A stretch of DNA of 59,925 nucleotides from Verrucomicrobiota bacterium. GTDB lineage: Bacteria > Verrucomicrobiota > Verrucomicrobiia > Limisphaerales > UBA11358. The stretch is from positions 1-59,925 of the forward strand of contig JAGWMQ010000005.1 of NCBI GenBank assembly GCA_028873125.1. The letters run 5' to 3'. A model generated the notes under the pieces. It saw only the letters and a program-made list of their open reading frames with translations, did not search any database and was not told the DNA's origin. Shown here piece after piece: positions 10,687-20,492 of this stretch. The position numbers were made by a program, and so were the translations under genes. Numbering within the stretch: position 1 is the first letter of the stretch; each line of letters opens with the position of its first letter.

Positions 10687-13600
10687 ATGAAAAAAGCGTA
10701 TTGGCGTTGTGCCGCCGCCTTTCTGCTGACGGTTACCTTCCCGTTCACTGCCGTCGCGGTCCTGCAACTGGTTTCGGCGCTGAATCCGGCCGCCACCGCG
10801 CCCACCGACGGCGATGGCGATTCCTGGGCGCCGATCATCAGTCCGGACGGACGTTACGTCCTCTTTGCCAGCACGGCGAACAACATGGTTTCAACCACCG
10901 GCAGCAACGGCATCCCAACGCTGATCCCGCCCAGCGTCAATGTCTATCTCCGCGACCGGCTGACCGGGACGACGACGCTGGTCAGCGCCAACTTGGCCGG
11001 CACCGGCGGCGGCAACGGCGATTCCTTCCCCGCCGGTCTTTCCACCAACGGCCAGTTCGCGCTTTTTGAAAGCACCGCCAGCGACTTGGTGACGAATAGC
11101 ACCACCTATGTGGTGAACCAGTATGGTGGCCCCATGACCAACTACCTTGAAAACGTCTTTCTTCGGGATGTCGTTCACGGCGTCACCTGGCTGGCCAGCG
11201 TGGCGACCAACGGCCTGGGCGGCAACGGCGCCTCGTGGGACGCCACGATGACGCCCAACGGAGCTTACGTGGCGTTTGCCAGCGCGGCTTCCAACTTGGT
11301 GGACAATGACGCAAATGGAATCCCCGACGTGTTCGTCCGCGACATGCAGTCCAACACCACGGTGCTGGCCAGCGTGGGGGCAAGAATCAACCCCTACAGT
11401 CGCAATTTCACCATGTCGTCGGAAGCACCTGGAATCACCCCCGACGGCCGCGATGTGGTCTTTTTCAGTTCGGCAACCGGTCTGGTTTCTTCAACCTCTC
11501 CAACCACAAACACCGGCGAAATTTATGTCCGGGATTTACAATTGGGCACGACAACCTGGGCCAGCACTAACGCTCGGATCATCACTGGTTTTGGCGCTAA
11601 TGCCATTTGCTACAATCAAGCCATCAGCGACGGCGGCCAGTTCGTCGCCTACGAAATCTTTTCGAATGTACCGTCAATCTATATGGGAACGAACGGATTC
11701 ATTCTCCGCTACAACCTGCAGACCGGCCAAACCGATCTCGTCGCCAGCAACGCCGTCGTGCCCAACGCCGTCAAACCAAACAGCGCTTACGATGACGCGA
11801 ATACTTTGACCATGACGCCCGACGGCCAGTTCATCGCTTTCACAGGCAACGTCACCAACAACACCACCGGTGTGTATCTTTGGGACGCACAAACCGGGAC
11901 CAACACGCTGGTCAGCGGCAATGCCACCAACGGCGTCACGCCCGGCGCGCAGGCGTATTGGCCGGACATGGACGCGGGCGAGCGCTACGTCGTCTTCGTC
12001 AGCACGGACACCAACCTGACTTTGAACGCGCGCGCCGGTGTGCTGGTCCATGACCTGCAAACGGACAAGACGACGCTCGTGAGCGTGGACACCAATGGTT
12101 TCAATCTGCCGGTCAATCCGGCCTCGGCCCCGGCGTTGAGTGCCGACGGCAATGCGGTCGCCTTCGAGAGTCCGTGGGCCAATGTGGATGGCCGGAATTT
12201 TTATTGCGACGTGTTTGCGCGAGATTTGACCAAGGCCGCGTCGGAACTGGTTTCCGTTCACGCTCCGAATCTGGCGTCGCTCACCCCCAACGGCCCGTGC
12301 ACGCTGTGGCCCGGTTCGGTCAGCACCAATGGCCGTTATGTGGCGTTCACGAGCCTGGCCAACAACCTGGCGGCCAATGATTCCAATGGTTGCGTGAATG
12401 TTTTCGCGCGCGACCGCGTGACCGGCGTCAACCTCCTGGCCAGCGTGGCCACCAACGGCTTGGCGGGAAGCGGCTGTTCGAGCGAACCTTCCTTGAGCGG
12501 CGACGGGTGTTACGTGGCGTTCCGCAGCGTGGCCACGAACCTGGTGGCCGGCGACACCAACCAATTTGCGCAAATTTTCCTGCGAGATTTGCAAGCCGGA
12601 ACGACGGCGTTGGTAAGCGCGAGTACCAATGGCGGGTTTGGAAACGGCGACTCCGATTCGCCAACGATCAGCCGCGACGGGCGGTTTATTCTTTTCGCCA
12701 GCACCGCGCAGAACCTGGCCGCCGGCTCCTACGCGAACGAAAATCTTTTCCTGCGCGACGCGCAATCGAACCAGACATACGCTTTGACCACAGGCGGAGT
12801 GACTGCCTGGTCCATGACGCCGGACGGGCGCTACATGGCGTTTGCGGGAACAAATGGCGGCGCCTACAGCCTTTCGATCTGGGATTCACAGGCCGACACA
12901 ACGATTTTCTCCAACCCACCGCCGTCCTCGCAATTTTTTCTGAATGTCTCCATCGGCCCCGACGGCCATTATGTGGCCTATGTAACCGGATACGATTTTT
13001 ATTATGATTCTGCATCTTTATATGCGCAGGATATAGTGGCTGAAACCAATACGCTGCTTGGCGCTGGCCAGTTGAACCCGCACGTCGGATTAAGTTTCAG
13101 CGCCGACGGACGATTTTTGACTTTTGTCGGTTCTTCGGCTACTTCCACTTACACGAGGACCTTGACCAACGGCATTTATCTCCACGACTTCCAATCGGGA
13201 ACCAATATCCTGGTCAGTCACGCCTTTAATTCCATCAAGCCGGCGGATGGCTTGTCGGATTCCCCGGCGGTGAGCCCCGACGGCCGCTATGTCGCCTTCC
13301 GCAGCTTCGCTAACTACCTGGTTCCCGGCGACACCAACGGCGTCCCTGATTTGTTCTTGTATGATCGTTTGACAGGCTCCAACAGCCTGCTGAGCGCGAG
13401 CCTGTCCGGTGCTGGCGCCGACAACCGCTCGCTGACGCCGGTCTTCAGCGGCGACGGACAAACGCTGGCATTCCAAAGTTGGGCTTCTGATTTGACCGCC
13501 CAGGACTTCAACGCGGGCGGCGACCTGTTCGCGCAAGACATGTTTGAACTTGAAACCGCGATCAATCTGACCAATCCCCCGCCCCCGTTCGAGGCCCAAA

Positions 13601-13821
13601 TGTTTTTTGCCGGAACTGCCGGCGCCGCCCCGAGCCCGGTGCTCACCTGGCCGTTCCTTCCCGGGAGAACTTACGGCGTGGAATACAAGGACGACCTGAG
13701 CGATCCGGTCTGGCATAATCTGAACAACACCGTCACCTTCATCGGCAGCCAGGCTTACTTCGATGATTTTTCGCCGGCCTCCGGCCAGCGGTTCTACCGC
13801 GTTCTCCTGAACAACAACTGA
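10687..13821 (+). CDS. Secreted TolB/PD40-like multi-beta-propeller protein with C-terminal RFYRV module
   Basis: Signal peptide from ATG 10687; many ISxDGRYVAFxSxAxNLVxxDxNxxxDVFxRD repeats. Confidence 0.85.
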   Translation: MKKAYWRCAAAFLLTVTFPFTAVAVLQLVSALNPAATAPTDGDGDSWAPIISPDGRYVLFASTANNMVSTTGSNGIPTLIPPSVNVYLRDRLTGTTTLVSANLAGTGGGNGDSFPAGLSTNGQFALFESTASDLVTNSTTYVVNQYGGPMTNYLENVFLRDVVHGVTWLASVATNGLGGNGASWDATMTPNGAYVAFASAASNLVDNDANGIPDVFVRDMQSNTTVLASVGARINPYSRNFTMSSEAPGITPDGRDVVFFSSATGLVSSTSPTTNTGEIYVRDLQLGTTTWASTNARIITGFGANAICYNQAISDGGQFVAYEIFSNVPSIYMGTNGFILRYNLQTGQTDLVASNAVVPNAVKPNSAYDDANTLTMTPDGQFIAFTGNVTNNTTGVYLWDAQTGTNTLVSGNATNGVTPGAQAYWPDMDAGERYVVFVSTDTNLTLNARAGVLVHDLQTDKTTLVSVDTNGFNLPVNPASAPALSADGNAVAFESPWANVDGRNFYCDVFARDLTKAASELVSVHAPNLASLTPNGPCTLWPGSVSTNGRYVAFTSLANNLAANDSNGCVNVFARDRVTGVNLLASVATNGLAGSGCSSEPSLSGDGCYVAFRSVATNLVAGDTNQFAQIFLRDLQAGTTALVSASTNGGFGNGDSDSPTISRDGRFILFASTAQNLAAGSYANENLFLRDAQSNQTYALTTGGVTAWSMTPDGRYMAFAGTNGGAYSLSIWDSQADTTIFSNPPPSSQFFLNVSIGPDGHYVAYVTGYDFYYDSASLYAQDIVAETNTLLGAGQLNPHVGLSFSADGRFLTFVGSSATSTYTRTLTNGIYLHDFQSGTNILVSHAFNSIKPADGLSDSPAVSPDGRYVAFRSFANYLVPGDTNGVPDLFLYDRLTGSNSLLSASLSGAGADNRSLTPVFSGDGQTLAFQSWASDLTAQDFNAGGDLFAQDMFELETAINLTNPPPPFEAQMFFAGTAGAAPSPVLTWPFLPGRTYGVEYKDDLSDPVWHNLNNTVTFIGSQAYFDDFSPASGQRFYRVLLNNN

Positions 13822-13825
13822 CGCA

Positions 13826-14899
13826 ATGTCCCGCCTTGTCCGTCGTCTGTTGCAAGCCATTCTGTTTTGGGCCGCCACCTCGTCCTTGGCCGTCGCCGCA
13901 CCGGACCAGCCGCACTTGGACGACCTCCGGTTTGCCGGGCGCGCCTTGGAGGGGAATCCACTGCATGATCCGGTGACCCGCCGCCTGGCCGTCTTTGTTC
14001 CAGCCCAATACACCAATGGCATCCGGCTGCCGGTGGTGTATTTTCTACCCGGCTACGGCGGCTCCTCGGAAGGTTTCATCCGGCGGCCAAAACCGTGGCT
14101 GGACCTCACCCGGAAAATCGCCGAGGACGTCACGCCCATGCTGCTCGTGGTGCCGGACTGCCGGACACGCTGGGGCGGCAGCCAGTATCTCAACTCCCCG
14201 GCCCAGGGAAATTACGCGGATTACGTCTGCGAAGACATCGTGTCGCTGGTCCAGTCCCGCTATTCCACCGCCACGAACGGCATCCGCCGGATCATCGCCG
14301 GCCATTCCAGCGGCGGCTTCGGCGCGCTGCGCCTGGGCATGGCGCATCACCAACTGTTTGACGGCGTCATCGCCCTGAGTCCGGACTCGGATTTCCCGGT
14401 GTCACATCTGCCCCTGGTCAAGCTGCCGGGCGTGACCAATGCGACGCTGGCCCAAGTTCGGCTCATTGAAGCTGAAAAAGTGCCGGCGCCCGGAAACGGC
14501 GACCTGTTGTACGCGCTGGGATTGTCCGCCGCTTATGCGCCGCTCGGACCTTTGCATCCCGGCCAGTTCGAGTGGCTTTACAACGCCCACGGGCATCTCC
14601 GCCCGGCGGTGTGGCGACGCTGGCTCGACAATGATCCCTTGACCATCGCCCGGCGGAAGCCGCACGCCTTTGCCGCGGACCAGGCGGTCTATCTGGATGG
14701 CGCGGCGCAGGACCAGTTTTCGGCGAACATCGGCGCCCGGAAAATTTACGAGGCCATCCGCAGCCGGCTGCGGCGCTGCGCCTTTTACGAGCCGCCCGGA
14801 CGGCACGGACAGCACGTTCCGGCGCGCCTGCAGCGCGGATTGGAATGGATTTTCGGCCGCCCCGTCCGGGACATCAAAGGCCTACGTCCGGGAGGGTGA
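13826..14899 (+). CDS. Secreted alpha/beta-hydrolase (putative esterase family)
   Basis: Signal peptide; PVVYFLPG; GHSSGG nucleophile elbow; C-terminal His (GRH). Confidence 0.8.
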   Translation: MSRLVRRLLQAILFWAATSSLAVAAPDQPHLDDLRFAGRALEGNPLHDPVTRRLAVFVPAQYTNGIRLPVVYFLPGYGGSSEGFIRRPKPWLDLTRKIAEDVTPMLLVVPDCRTRWGGSQYLNSPAQGNYADYVCEDIVSLVQSRYSTATNGIRRIIAGHSSGGFGALRLGMAHHQLFDGVIALSPDSDFPVSHLPLVKLPGVTNATLAQVRLIEAEKVPAPGNGDLLYALGLSAAYAPLGPLHPGQFEWLYNAHGHLRPAVWRRWLDNDPLTIARRKPHAFAADQAVYLDGAAQDQFSANIGARKIYEAIRSRLRRCAFYEPPGRHGQHVPARLQRGLEWIFGRPVRDIKGLRPGG

Positions 14900-15078
14900 A
14901 GGCCAATGCTCATCAAATAGGCCGGCGATTAATGAAATTCGGAAGCAATACTTCTTGCGCGGAGTCCCGGTTCCGCCAAATTCAGGCGAAATGAAATCCA
15001 CAGGAAGGCCGGTTGTGATGGGAGCCTCAACCATCCGCGAATTTTTTCCCGTTGGGCTCGGCGGTGCGCAATTCGCTT

Positions 15079-15534
15079 ATGAATGAACTCATCCTGATGG
15101 CGCACGTTGTTTTTGGGGTGGCTTGCGTCCTCACGGCCCTCTGGGTCTTCGTGGACGCGCTGAATGCCTCCGCCTCCAACCAGGCCCGGATTCGGAGGAT
15201 GAGCTGCGCCGCGGCAATTTTCATGTGGCTCGCCTTTGTGATCGCCGGCTACTGGTATGTGTTTTCCTATCCGGCGGACCGGGCCATTATTTTGAAAGGG
15301 CCGTGGCCGTTTGCGCACCGCTTTTTCATGGAGACGAAGGAGCACCTGGTCATCCTCCTGCTGCTGCTGGCCACCTTTCTGCCCATCGCCGCCGCCGGCA
15401 ACCTGGCTGCAAACAAGGATGCGCGCCGCGTGGTCCTTTGGGTGGCCGGCCTGATCGTCCTGCTGGGATTGATGGCGGAGGGCGACGGCGGCGTCATCGC
15501 CACGGGGGTAAAAGTCGGATTGCTGGCGCGGTAA
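15079..15534 (+). CDS. Four-TM membrane protein of unknown function
   Basis: Four hydrophobic segments; His-containing AHVVFG and AHRFFMETKEH segments. Confidence 0.7.
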   Translation: MNELILMAHVVFGVACVLTALWVFVDALNASASNQARIRRMSCAAAIFMWLAFVIAGYWYVFSYPADRAIILKGPWPFAHRFFMETKEHLVILLLLLATFLPIAAAGNLAANKDARRVVLWVAGLIVLLGLMAEGDGGVIATGVKVGLLAR

Positions 15535-15555
15535 AATTCAAACCGGAGTGTGAAC

Positions 15556-15876
15556 ATGGAAGCCACCGGCCTCTCAAAATGCACCGTTTCCTTCGGACTC
15601 GCTTTGGCCATCGCCAGCGTCATCAACGGCCTGCTGGTGATTGCGAAGGAGAAAATTTCCGCGGTCCAGGCCGCGATGCAAAAATTGACCGGCAATCATT
15701 GGGTAACACAAGGCGTCATCGTCCTGGGCGTTTTTGCCCTTCTCGGCTGGCTGTTCGCGCAGGCCAATGGCGGTCAAGGCATCAAGCTGACCGCCAACCG
15801 GCTGATTGGCGCGCTGGTGGCGGGCGTCGCAACCGGCGCGCTTCTCATCTTAGGATTCTATTTAATCGGCGCTTGA
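15556..15876 (+). CDS. Small three-TM membrane protein
   Basis: Three hydrophobic segments; GNHW motif; GGAG RBS upstream; tight operon spacing. Confidence 0.7.
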   Translation: MEATGLSKCTVSFGLALAIASVINGLLVIAKEKISAVQAAMQKLTGNHWVTQGVIVLGVFALLGWLFAQANGGQGIKLTANRLIGALVAGVATGALLILGFYLIGA

Positions 15877-15904
15877 GAACCTTTTCAAGTTTAACGGGAA
15901 ACCC

Positions 15905-16687
15905 ATGACAAGGACGGCAACCGTTGCGCTGGCGGTGATGATGACCGGAGGTGCCTTCAAGGTCTCGGCCGGGCCGCCGTTTGTGACGGATGACCCCGAG
16001 CCGGTTGACTACCAGCATTGGGAGTTTTACATCGCCTCGATGCACACCCAAACTGCCGACGGCTGGTCGGGGACGGCGCCGCACATCGAGATCAATTACG
16101 GCCCCGTGACCAACGTCCAGCTTCATCTCATCGCGCCGCTGGCTTATGATGCGCCGTCGGACGGCAACGCCCACTACGGTTACGGCGACACGGAACTGGG
16201 CGTGAAACTCCGGTTCATTCAGGAGACCGATCGTATGCCGCAGGCCGGCATTTTTCCGTTGCTGGAAGTGCCCACCGGCAGGGAATCAGAGGGGCTTGGC
16301 AACGGTCATTGGCAGGCCTTTATGCCGTTGTGGCTGCAGAAGAGCTTTGGCGACTGGACCGTTTACGGCGGCGGCGGTTATGGCATCAATCCCGGCGCCG
16401 GCAACGAAAACTGGGGTCTGGTGGGCGCGGTCGTGCAACGGCAGGTCACGAAAAATGTCGCTCTTGGCGGGGAAATCTATCACCGCACCACGATGGAAAC
16501 CGGCGGGCGCGGCGACACGGCTTTCAATCTCGGAACGGTCGTTGATTTTACCGAACACCAGCACCTGCTCTTTTCCGCCGGGCGTTCGATTGACGGCCCG
16601 ACGGACTTCCAGGTTTATATCGCCTATCAACTCACCTTTGGTCCGGAATTCTTCCACTCAGCGGGCCATTGGTTCGGAAACCATTGA
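15905..16687 (+). CDS. Outer-membrane beta-barrel protein (MetA-pathway/phenol-degradation transporter-like)
   Basis: Signal peptide, GPPFVTDDP start, GDTELGVKLRF, LEVPTG, alternating beta-strand pattern. Confidence 0.7.
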   Translation: MTRTATVALAVMMTGGAFKVSAGPPFVTDDPEPVDYQHWEFYIASMHTQTADGWSGTAPHIEINYGPVTNVQLHLIAPLAYDAPSDGNAHYGYGDTELGVKLRFIQETDRMPQAGIFPLLEVPTGRESEGLGNGHWQAFMPLWLQKSFGDWTVYGGGGYGINPGAGNENWGLVGAVVQRQVTKNVALGGEIYHRTTMETGGRGDTAFNLGTVVDFTEHQHLLFSAGRSIDGPTDFQVYIAYQLTFGPEFFHSAGHWFGNH

Positions 16688-16745
16688 GGTCTGCCGGGTC
16701 TTGCACGTTAAAGAACTTTTTTCAGAGGGCGCGAACAGTAAAAAG

Positions 16746-18170
16746 ATGAAACAAGAAATTCTTCAATGGCCCGGCGGCAGCCTGATCCTGACGTTGGGAT
16801 TATCGCTGGCGCTTCCCACGGGCGTCAGGGCCCAGGCGCAGCCGAACAGCGCCGGCAACGCCGCGAGCCTCGGCGGAATTCCCGTGTCCCCGTTTCAAAA
16901 GCGGCAATCGGCGCCGCGTCCCTACCTGGGCTGGAGCAGTTGGAGTTCCATGCGCCGCCATGTCACGGCGGCGAAGATCGAGGCCCAGGCGGACGTTGTG
17001 GCGGCTCGGCTTAAAAAGTATGGCTATCTCTACGTCAATATTGATTCAGGGTGGTGCAACGGCTATGACCCCGACGGCCAGGCGCATCCCAACCGCTTCG
17101 ACGCCTACGGCCGGCCATTGCCCAACCCCTACGAATTTCCCGACGGCATCGCCGCCGTGGCCGCTTATGTGCATTCCCGGGGATTGAAGCTGGGCATTTA
17201 CATGAGCCCAGGGTTGAAAATTCCGGTCTGGAAAGCCAACTGCCACATTTTGGGAACCCCGTACACCGTCCGGCAGATTGCCGACCCATCCCGCTGGGGC
17301 AGCAAATTTCCTCACGACGGTCCGCAGGCCTATCGCGGCAGCTACGCCATTGACTACAACATGCCCGGAGCGCAGGAGTACATTCAGAGCATAGCCGATT
17401 TGTATGCCTCGTGGGGCGTGGATTTTCTCAAGATGGACTGGTGCGGCGTGCGAGGCGAGGCGCACCGGGTGGACAATCGCGCCGATATTGAGCATTGGGC
17501 GATGGCGCTCAACAAAACCGGCCGGCCCATCTGGTTGGAGCTTTCCGGCGGGCAGGATGTCCACTATGCGGACTTCTGGACACGGTATGCCAACGGCTGC
17601 CGCATTGATGGAGACGTTGAAGCACGCGCGCCATACCTGACGGATTGGCGGCATGTCCTTCACCGATTCCGCGACGCTCCGAAATGGGCGAAATATGCCG
17701 GCCCCGGCTATTGGAACGACTTGGACTCACTGGAAATAGGCAACGGCACACTGGACGGATTAACCCCCGCCGAACGGCAAACCGCCATGACGCTTTGGTG
17801 TGTCAGTTGTGCCCCGCTGTACACGGGGGCGGATCTGACACATCTGGACCCAATGGATTTGGAGATTCTCGTCAACCGCGAGGCCATCGCCGTGGACCAA
17901 GCGGGTCGTGTGGCCACGCCCATCTCCCAAGCCACGCCGCAGCAGGTTTGGCGCGTAAAGAACGCCGATGGATCGTTCACGGTGGCGTTGTTCAATCTGG
18001 CGGATGTTCCCGCCAAAGTAAGCGCCCGCTGGGGCAGCGTGGGATTCCACGGGCCGGCCCAAGTGCGCGACCTCTGGCTGCACCGCAATTTGGGCGTATT
18101 CGAGCAGGGATTTGAGGCGCTCCTCGAACCGCACGCCTCCCGTTTGCTCACGGTGACACCGGCCCATTAA
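16746..18170 (+). CDS. GH27 glycoside hydrolase (alpha-galactosidase/beta-L-arabinopyranosidase family)
   Basis: LGWSSW, YVNIDSGW, DFLKMD (nucleophile), RIDGD, WNDLDSL motifs; melibiase-type C-terminal domain; ATG 16746 precedes a signal peptide. Confidence 0.88.
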   Translation: MKQEILQWPGGSLILTLGLSLALPTGVRAQAQPNSAGNAASLGGIPVSPFQKRQSAPRPYLGWSSWSSMRRHVTAAKIEAQADVVAARLKKYGYLYVNIDSGWCNGYDPDGQAHPNRFDAYGRPLPNPYEFPDGIAAVAAYVHSRGLKLGIYMSPGLKIPVWKANCHILGTPYTVRQIADPSRWGSKFPHDGPQAYRGSYAIDYNMPGAQEYIQSIADLYASWGVDFLKMDWCGVRGEAHRVDNRADIEHWAMALNKTGRPIWLELSGGQDVHYADFWTRYANGCRIDGDVEARAPYLTDWRHVLHRFRDAPKWAKYAGPGYWNDLDSLEIGNGTLDGLTPAERQTAMTLWCVSCAPLYTGADLTHLDPMDLEILVNREAIAVDQAGRVATPISQATPQQVWRVKNADGSFTVALFNLADVPAKVSARWGSVGFHGPAQVRDLWLHRNLGVFEQGFEALLEPHASRLLTVTPAH

Positions 18171-18402
18171 AGTATAGCTCGGCCTTGGGGGACCAACGCC
18201 GCATAAGGGTCGGCAAGGGGTCGGGCAACAGTATTGTGCGTTTCATTGGTTTCAGGCCCCGAGTGGATCTGGTCCGCTGGGCGCATCCGGCATCCATTTT
18301 CAAGCCTCGGGCGGTCTATGACGCGGTCCTCGACTTTTTCCACGACCGCCGCACTTCAGATGAAGCTTGCGCCGGGGAACGGCTCCGGAGTTAACTCGGT
18401 TC

Positions 18403-19557
18403 ATGCCTGTGCTCACTGTGGCTTTGATGGTCCGTGAACTTTTCCCCAAACCCGCGGCGTGGCACTTAGCTTGTCTTCTCGCCGCCACCTTTTCATTGAA
18501 CGCCCGGGCCTCCGCCCTCGCGCCGGGCGGTTTCAGCCGGTTCATCGCACTGGACAACTTTGCGAAATTCGCCCGGTCGAAAAGCGAAAATGGCGAAACG
18601 GTTTTGCTTTCACCAGTCATTCCAGCGGGCATTGACTGGGACGAACTCGTCGTTTCGTGGAACGCCGCCGCGCCGTCCGGAACTTTTTTGAAAGTCGAGG
18701 CGAGCGCCATTTCCAGCGATCGCGCGACCCGGTTTTACTCCTGGGGCCTCTGGTCGCCGGACAACGGACGTTTTCCGCGGCAGAGCGCCGGCCGGCAGAA
18801 GGATCGCGACGGCCGGATGCTCACGGACACCCTGGTTTTGTCCCAGCCCGCCGGCGCGGTCCGAATCCGCGTGACGCTCGGCGGCACGAACGCCGAACTG
18901 CCCGCGTTGAAATTCCTCGGCCTTTCGTTCTGCAACACCCGCGTCACGCCCGCGCCCCAGCCACCCAACCACGCCGCCTGGGGGAAAATCATCCCCACGC
19001 CTGAGCTATCGCAGAATTCCTATCGCCAGGGAGAAGGCTGGTGCAGTCCGACCGCGCTGACCATGGTGCTGAAGCGCTGGGCGGACGTGTTGCATCGCCC
19101 GGAGTTGAACCTTGGCGTGCCCGAGGTCGCCGCGGGAGTTTATGACCGGAAGTGGCCCGGCACTGGCAACTGGCCCTTCAACACCGCCTTCGCCGGCAGC
19201 TTCACCAACCTGCGCGCCTACGTGACGCGCCTCGGCGGCATGTCCGAGTTGGAGGACTGGATCGCCGCCGGCATCCCGGTGATCATCTCGGCGCCGTGGC
19301 ATTTGCTCAAACCCGGCCGGCACGACACCGGCTCCGGCCATCTTACCGTCTGCATCGGCTTCACCAAAAGCGGCGACGTGGTCATCAATGATCCGGCAAC
19401 CAATCTCAAGAAGGAAAGCGTGCGGCATATTTACAAACGAGCAAATGTCATTCGTGCTTGGGCGGCTTCCCACAACACGGTTTATCTCGTTTATCCCGAA
19501 TCGGCCAAAATTCCCGAAAATCGGTTCGGGCATTGGCAATCCCATGGTGCGAAATGA
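18403..19557 (+). CDS. Peptidase C39-like family protein, exported
   Basis: SQ...WCSPT (Cys), GNWPFN, SGHL (His), INDP (Asp); start uncertain (18403 or 18427). Confidence 0.8.
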   Translation: MPVLTVALMVRELFPKPAAWHLACLLAATFSLNARASALAPGGFSRFIALDNFAKFARSKSENGETVLLSPVIPAGIDWDELVVSWNAAAPSGTFLKVEASAISSDRATRFYSWGLWSPDNGRFPRQSAGRQKDRDGRMLTDTLVLSQPAGAVRIRVTLGGTNAELPALKFLGLSFCNTRVTPAPQPPNHAAWGKIIPTPELSQNSYRQGEGWCSPTALTMVLKRWADVLHRPELNLGVPEVAAGVYDRKWPGTGNWPFNTAFAGSFTNLRAYVTRLGGMSELEDWIAAGIPVIISAPWHLLKPGRHDTGSGHLTVCIGFTKSGDVVINDPATNLKKESVRHIYKRANVIRAWAASHNTVYLVYPESAKIPENRFGHWQSHGAK

Positions 19558-19653
19558 AACATAGCGCTTCCAATTGCCACCGCTCCAGGCATGGCTTGAT
19601 TTCCGAGTGCCAAGCCGCTCAACGCGTGGAAAATCTACTGGCCAGTCCGGCCT

Positions 19654-20442
19654 TTATTTCCGGCGAGCGAGCAATTCAAGTCGGTTGGCAATCAACCCGA
19701 TGTTTCCTTGCTCCAGCCGCGTTGGCAATTTCTTCAGCCAACCTTCAAGTTGGTCGGGATTCAAAACGAGCGTCTGCGGTTCGGCTGTTTTGGACTCGAC
19801 CCACCAACCTGGAAATACAATCACCGGCTGCACAAATGCGCTTTCATTGGTTAATTCTTTTATCAATCCATGCAGCCAACGGGCTTGCGCTTTTGCTTGA
19901 TCAATCGGGCTTGGTTTGATTTCGATTCCATTCTTCCAAAGCGACCGACCGTCGGTTTGAATCTTGTCGCCTTTGCCTTTGCTCCAGGTTTTCGTTTCTA
20001 TCGTAAAAACTCCGGCGGGACCGACCAGCACATGGTCCACGTTGAATTCATTGCCGATCAAATCGTGAAAAACCCGGTAGCCATGCGCGCGCAAATTTTC
20101 CAGCTTTTCGCCTACGATTTTTTCGCCATTGAGTGCTTGTTGATGTTCTTTAATTTGAGACCGCAAAGCGACCAATCGGTAAACCGCATAACCCAAAAGC
20201 GGAAGGCAAACGATAGCTGCGGCTAGAGGATTTGGCGGTATTTTCCAAAGCCACCGCCATAATTCCTGAAGCAAGAAGACGACCGCTAACACAGCCAAAC
20301 CAATTTGATCCGTGCATTTGTCCCACAATCTGTCCAACTCTTCCTGAACGGACTGGCCGGCGGTGCGTTTCGGCTTGATTCTCAGCGGTGATTGTTTATT
20401 TTCCACGAGGACAAGAGAAGCGGTTCGTCTCAGCGATTTCAA
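19654..20442 (-). CDS. Membrane-anchored NERD (nuclease-related domain) protein
   Basis: Two TM helices, then GEKIV, HDL, NVDHVLVGPAGVFTIETK (PD-(D/E)xK NERD motif); more AT-rich than its neighbours. Confidence 0.85.
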   Translation of the reverse strand: MKSLRRTASLVLVENKQSPLRIKPKRTAGQSVQEELDRLWDKCTDQIGLAVLAVVFLLQELWRWLWKIPPNPLAAAIVCLPLLGYAVYRLVALRSQIKEHQQALNGEKIVGEKLENLRAHGYRVFHDLIGNEFNVDHVLVGPAGVFTIETKTWSKGKGDKIQTDGRSLWKNGIEIKPSPIDQAKAQARWLHGLIKELTNESAFVQPVIVFPGWWVESKTAEPQTLVLNPDQLEGWLKKLPTRLEQGNIGLIANRLELLARRK

Positions 20443-20492
20443 TCTGATATTTTTCCTTTGTGTTCCCGGCGCGCTTTGCGGTTAATTGTCTC

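Noticed and set aside
14900-15078. Possible riboswitch upstream of the membrane-protein trio
   Set aside because: Only a short GGTTG..CAACC hairpin; no consensus of a known riboswitch recognised.
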